Shown one piece after another: positions 62,535 to 64,000 of a DNA stretch of 64,000 nucleotides. This DNA comes from Lingula anatina. Taxonomy: Eukaryota; Animalia; Brachiopoda. The stretch is from the NCBI GenBank assembly GCA_051362555.1, contig CM120649.1:2852001-2916000 (forward strand), read 5' to 3'. Numbering within the stretch: the stretch's first letter is position 1; every line of letters begins with the position of its first letter. The position numbers and the translations under genes were made by a program. A model generated the notes under the pieces. That model ran no database searches. It saw only the letters and a list, made by a program, of their open reading frames with translations, and had not been told where the DNA came from.

Positions 62535-63320
62535 AGTGAAATTTAATAGGCAATCTTTTACAGTACCGTTAGATAATCAAACTTAAAACGGGACCGAAGT
62601 TGATGTCAAACCATTATTAAACAGAAATACAGACTTACATCAAATACATTGGACTACTTTTTGTATGTCATGTTTGATCCGTTGCGTTATCTCGAGATTG
62701 ACTTGGAATATTAGGCATTATAATTCGTATTGGAATTTATTTTGGAAACTAATATGAATAAAGACAATAGATTAACGGATATAACATTCAGTGGCAAAGC
62801 GATTCTTCATTTGCTTCATTAACTTTTAGCGAAGTATAAAGAAGTATGTCACTTCAAAGAACATGGCAAATATTTAAGTTCAGTCTATGAATACAAGATC
62901 TCATTTTGAATCCTAGGTTCTGATATTTATTTTTATTGCGTCGATATAACCACGTATGCCATATTGCCTGCTAGCAATATTTGATAGAAGCACCTTTTTA
63001 ATGTTAGGTTGGATAATTCTCTATGCATAACTGGTCATTTTTACAACAAAAAATCACACAACAAGGACGCGTTTCTTTTCTTTAAGCCAAACATTTATTC
63101 GCGTGTTCTTTATGATAATTTGATAATTCTGAATATCACACCTTTATTTCTTTTCAGACTGAATCCTTCTTCATTTTAATATGGCACTCTACTCATCAAG
63201 CAGTACACTTAAGCGATATGGTACCCCGGTATCTTCCAGCTCACATTAAGATGCCCGTACGTGTTATCACACGACGGTGAATTTTTAGCCTTTCCACAAG
63301 TTTTTTTACGACATCGCTCC

Positions 63321-63369
63321 CTACTGTTCAGTCTTGGACAAATAATGCCCGACATCAGTGTCTAACTGT
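63321..63369 (-). CDS. Candidate terminal coding exon of a convergent minus-strand gene
   Basis: Minus-strand acceptor ctttttgtatcatttag|A, then QLDTDVGHYLSKTEQ*. Minus-strand AATAAA at 63143-63148 and 63094-63099. Confidence 0.4.
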
Positions 63370-64000
63370 CTAAATGATACAAAAAGTCAGCGACAAAGGC
63401 AATCTTGCTCTTGCAATCTTTTAATTGTGGCTGGTGGAAAATGTGCCTATAATAACTGCCGCCCTGGTAGAGGGTAGCAAGCGCGAAGGTTTCGTTTAAG
63501 CGTTTCTCCACGTTATAACTAACTCGTACAATATATCTGTATCGCTATAGTGTATCGCTCGATGTGAAAAGGACCCCATTTTTCTGTGCTTCATGAAACA
63601 CTAAGCTCTTCTTTCACAATAAATTTTAACTTCCAGTTACACTGAACAAATAATTAATGGTAGTTTTCGAATTTTGTTTCGCGATTCTTTTCACCATGAA
63701 ACAATCTACACTGAATTACGGTATCATCAGGCACCACTAGTCAATAGCTTCATCACAAATATTTTTGTAATAAATAAAAAAAGATAAAATAAATACGAGC
63801 ATGGCTTCATTTTACAACATCGTACTTCTCTCCTCAAAATTTTCTGCATTAAAAAAAACTGACATTTCAAATCAACTATGTCTTGAATAGCCATGGTCAA
63901 AGTCAAGTAAAGAAATTTCCAAATGTAATATTACTTCACACTATTACTTCTGAATGCTTTTTAAATTTCAGACCTAAATTTCATGAGATAATTAAATAAA

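Overview
AT-rich, intron-rich, microsatellite- and MITE-dense animal genomic DNA. It is probably an invertebrate, with a mollusc-like repeat landscape (inference). Almost all ORFs in the six-frame track are spurious. Two complete spliced + strand genes can be assembled by hand: a 14-coding-exon RCC1/BTB gene (RCBTB1/2 orthologue, 44329-53186, 533 aa) and an 8-exon YajO/Tas-type aldo-keto reductase (56815-62534, 362 aa). The left half looks like the 5' region of a large minus-strand gene that continues off the window. It has at least three candidate alternative first coding exons (32693-32458, 27416-27346, 2150-2044), all ending in phase-2 GT donors. A probable last exon of a convergent minus-strand gene sits at about 63.3 kb. 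There are many non-autonomous DNA transposons (Harbinger-, Kolobok-, Mutator-like MITEs and Helentron-associated elements), often nested. The most unusual pattern is at least seven exon-intron junctions in the two genes that are locally tandem-duplicated. These create decoy or alternative splice sites of different ages.
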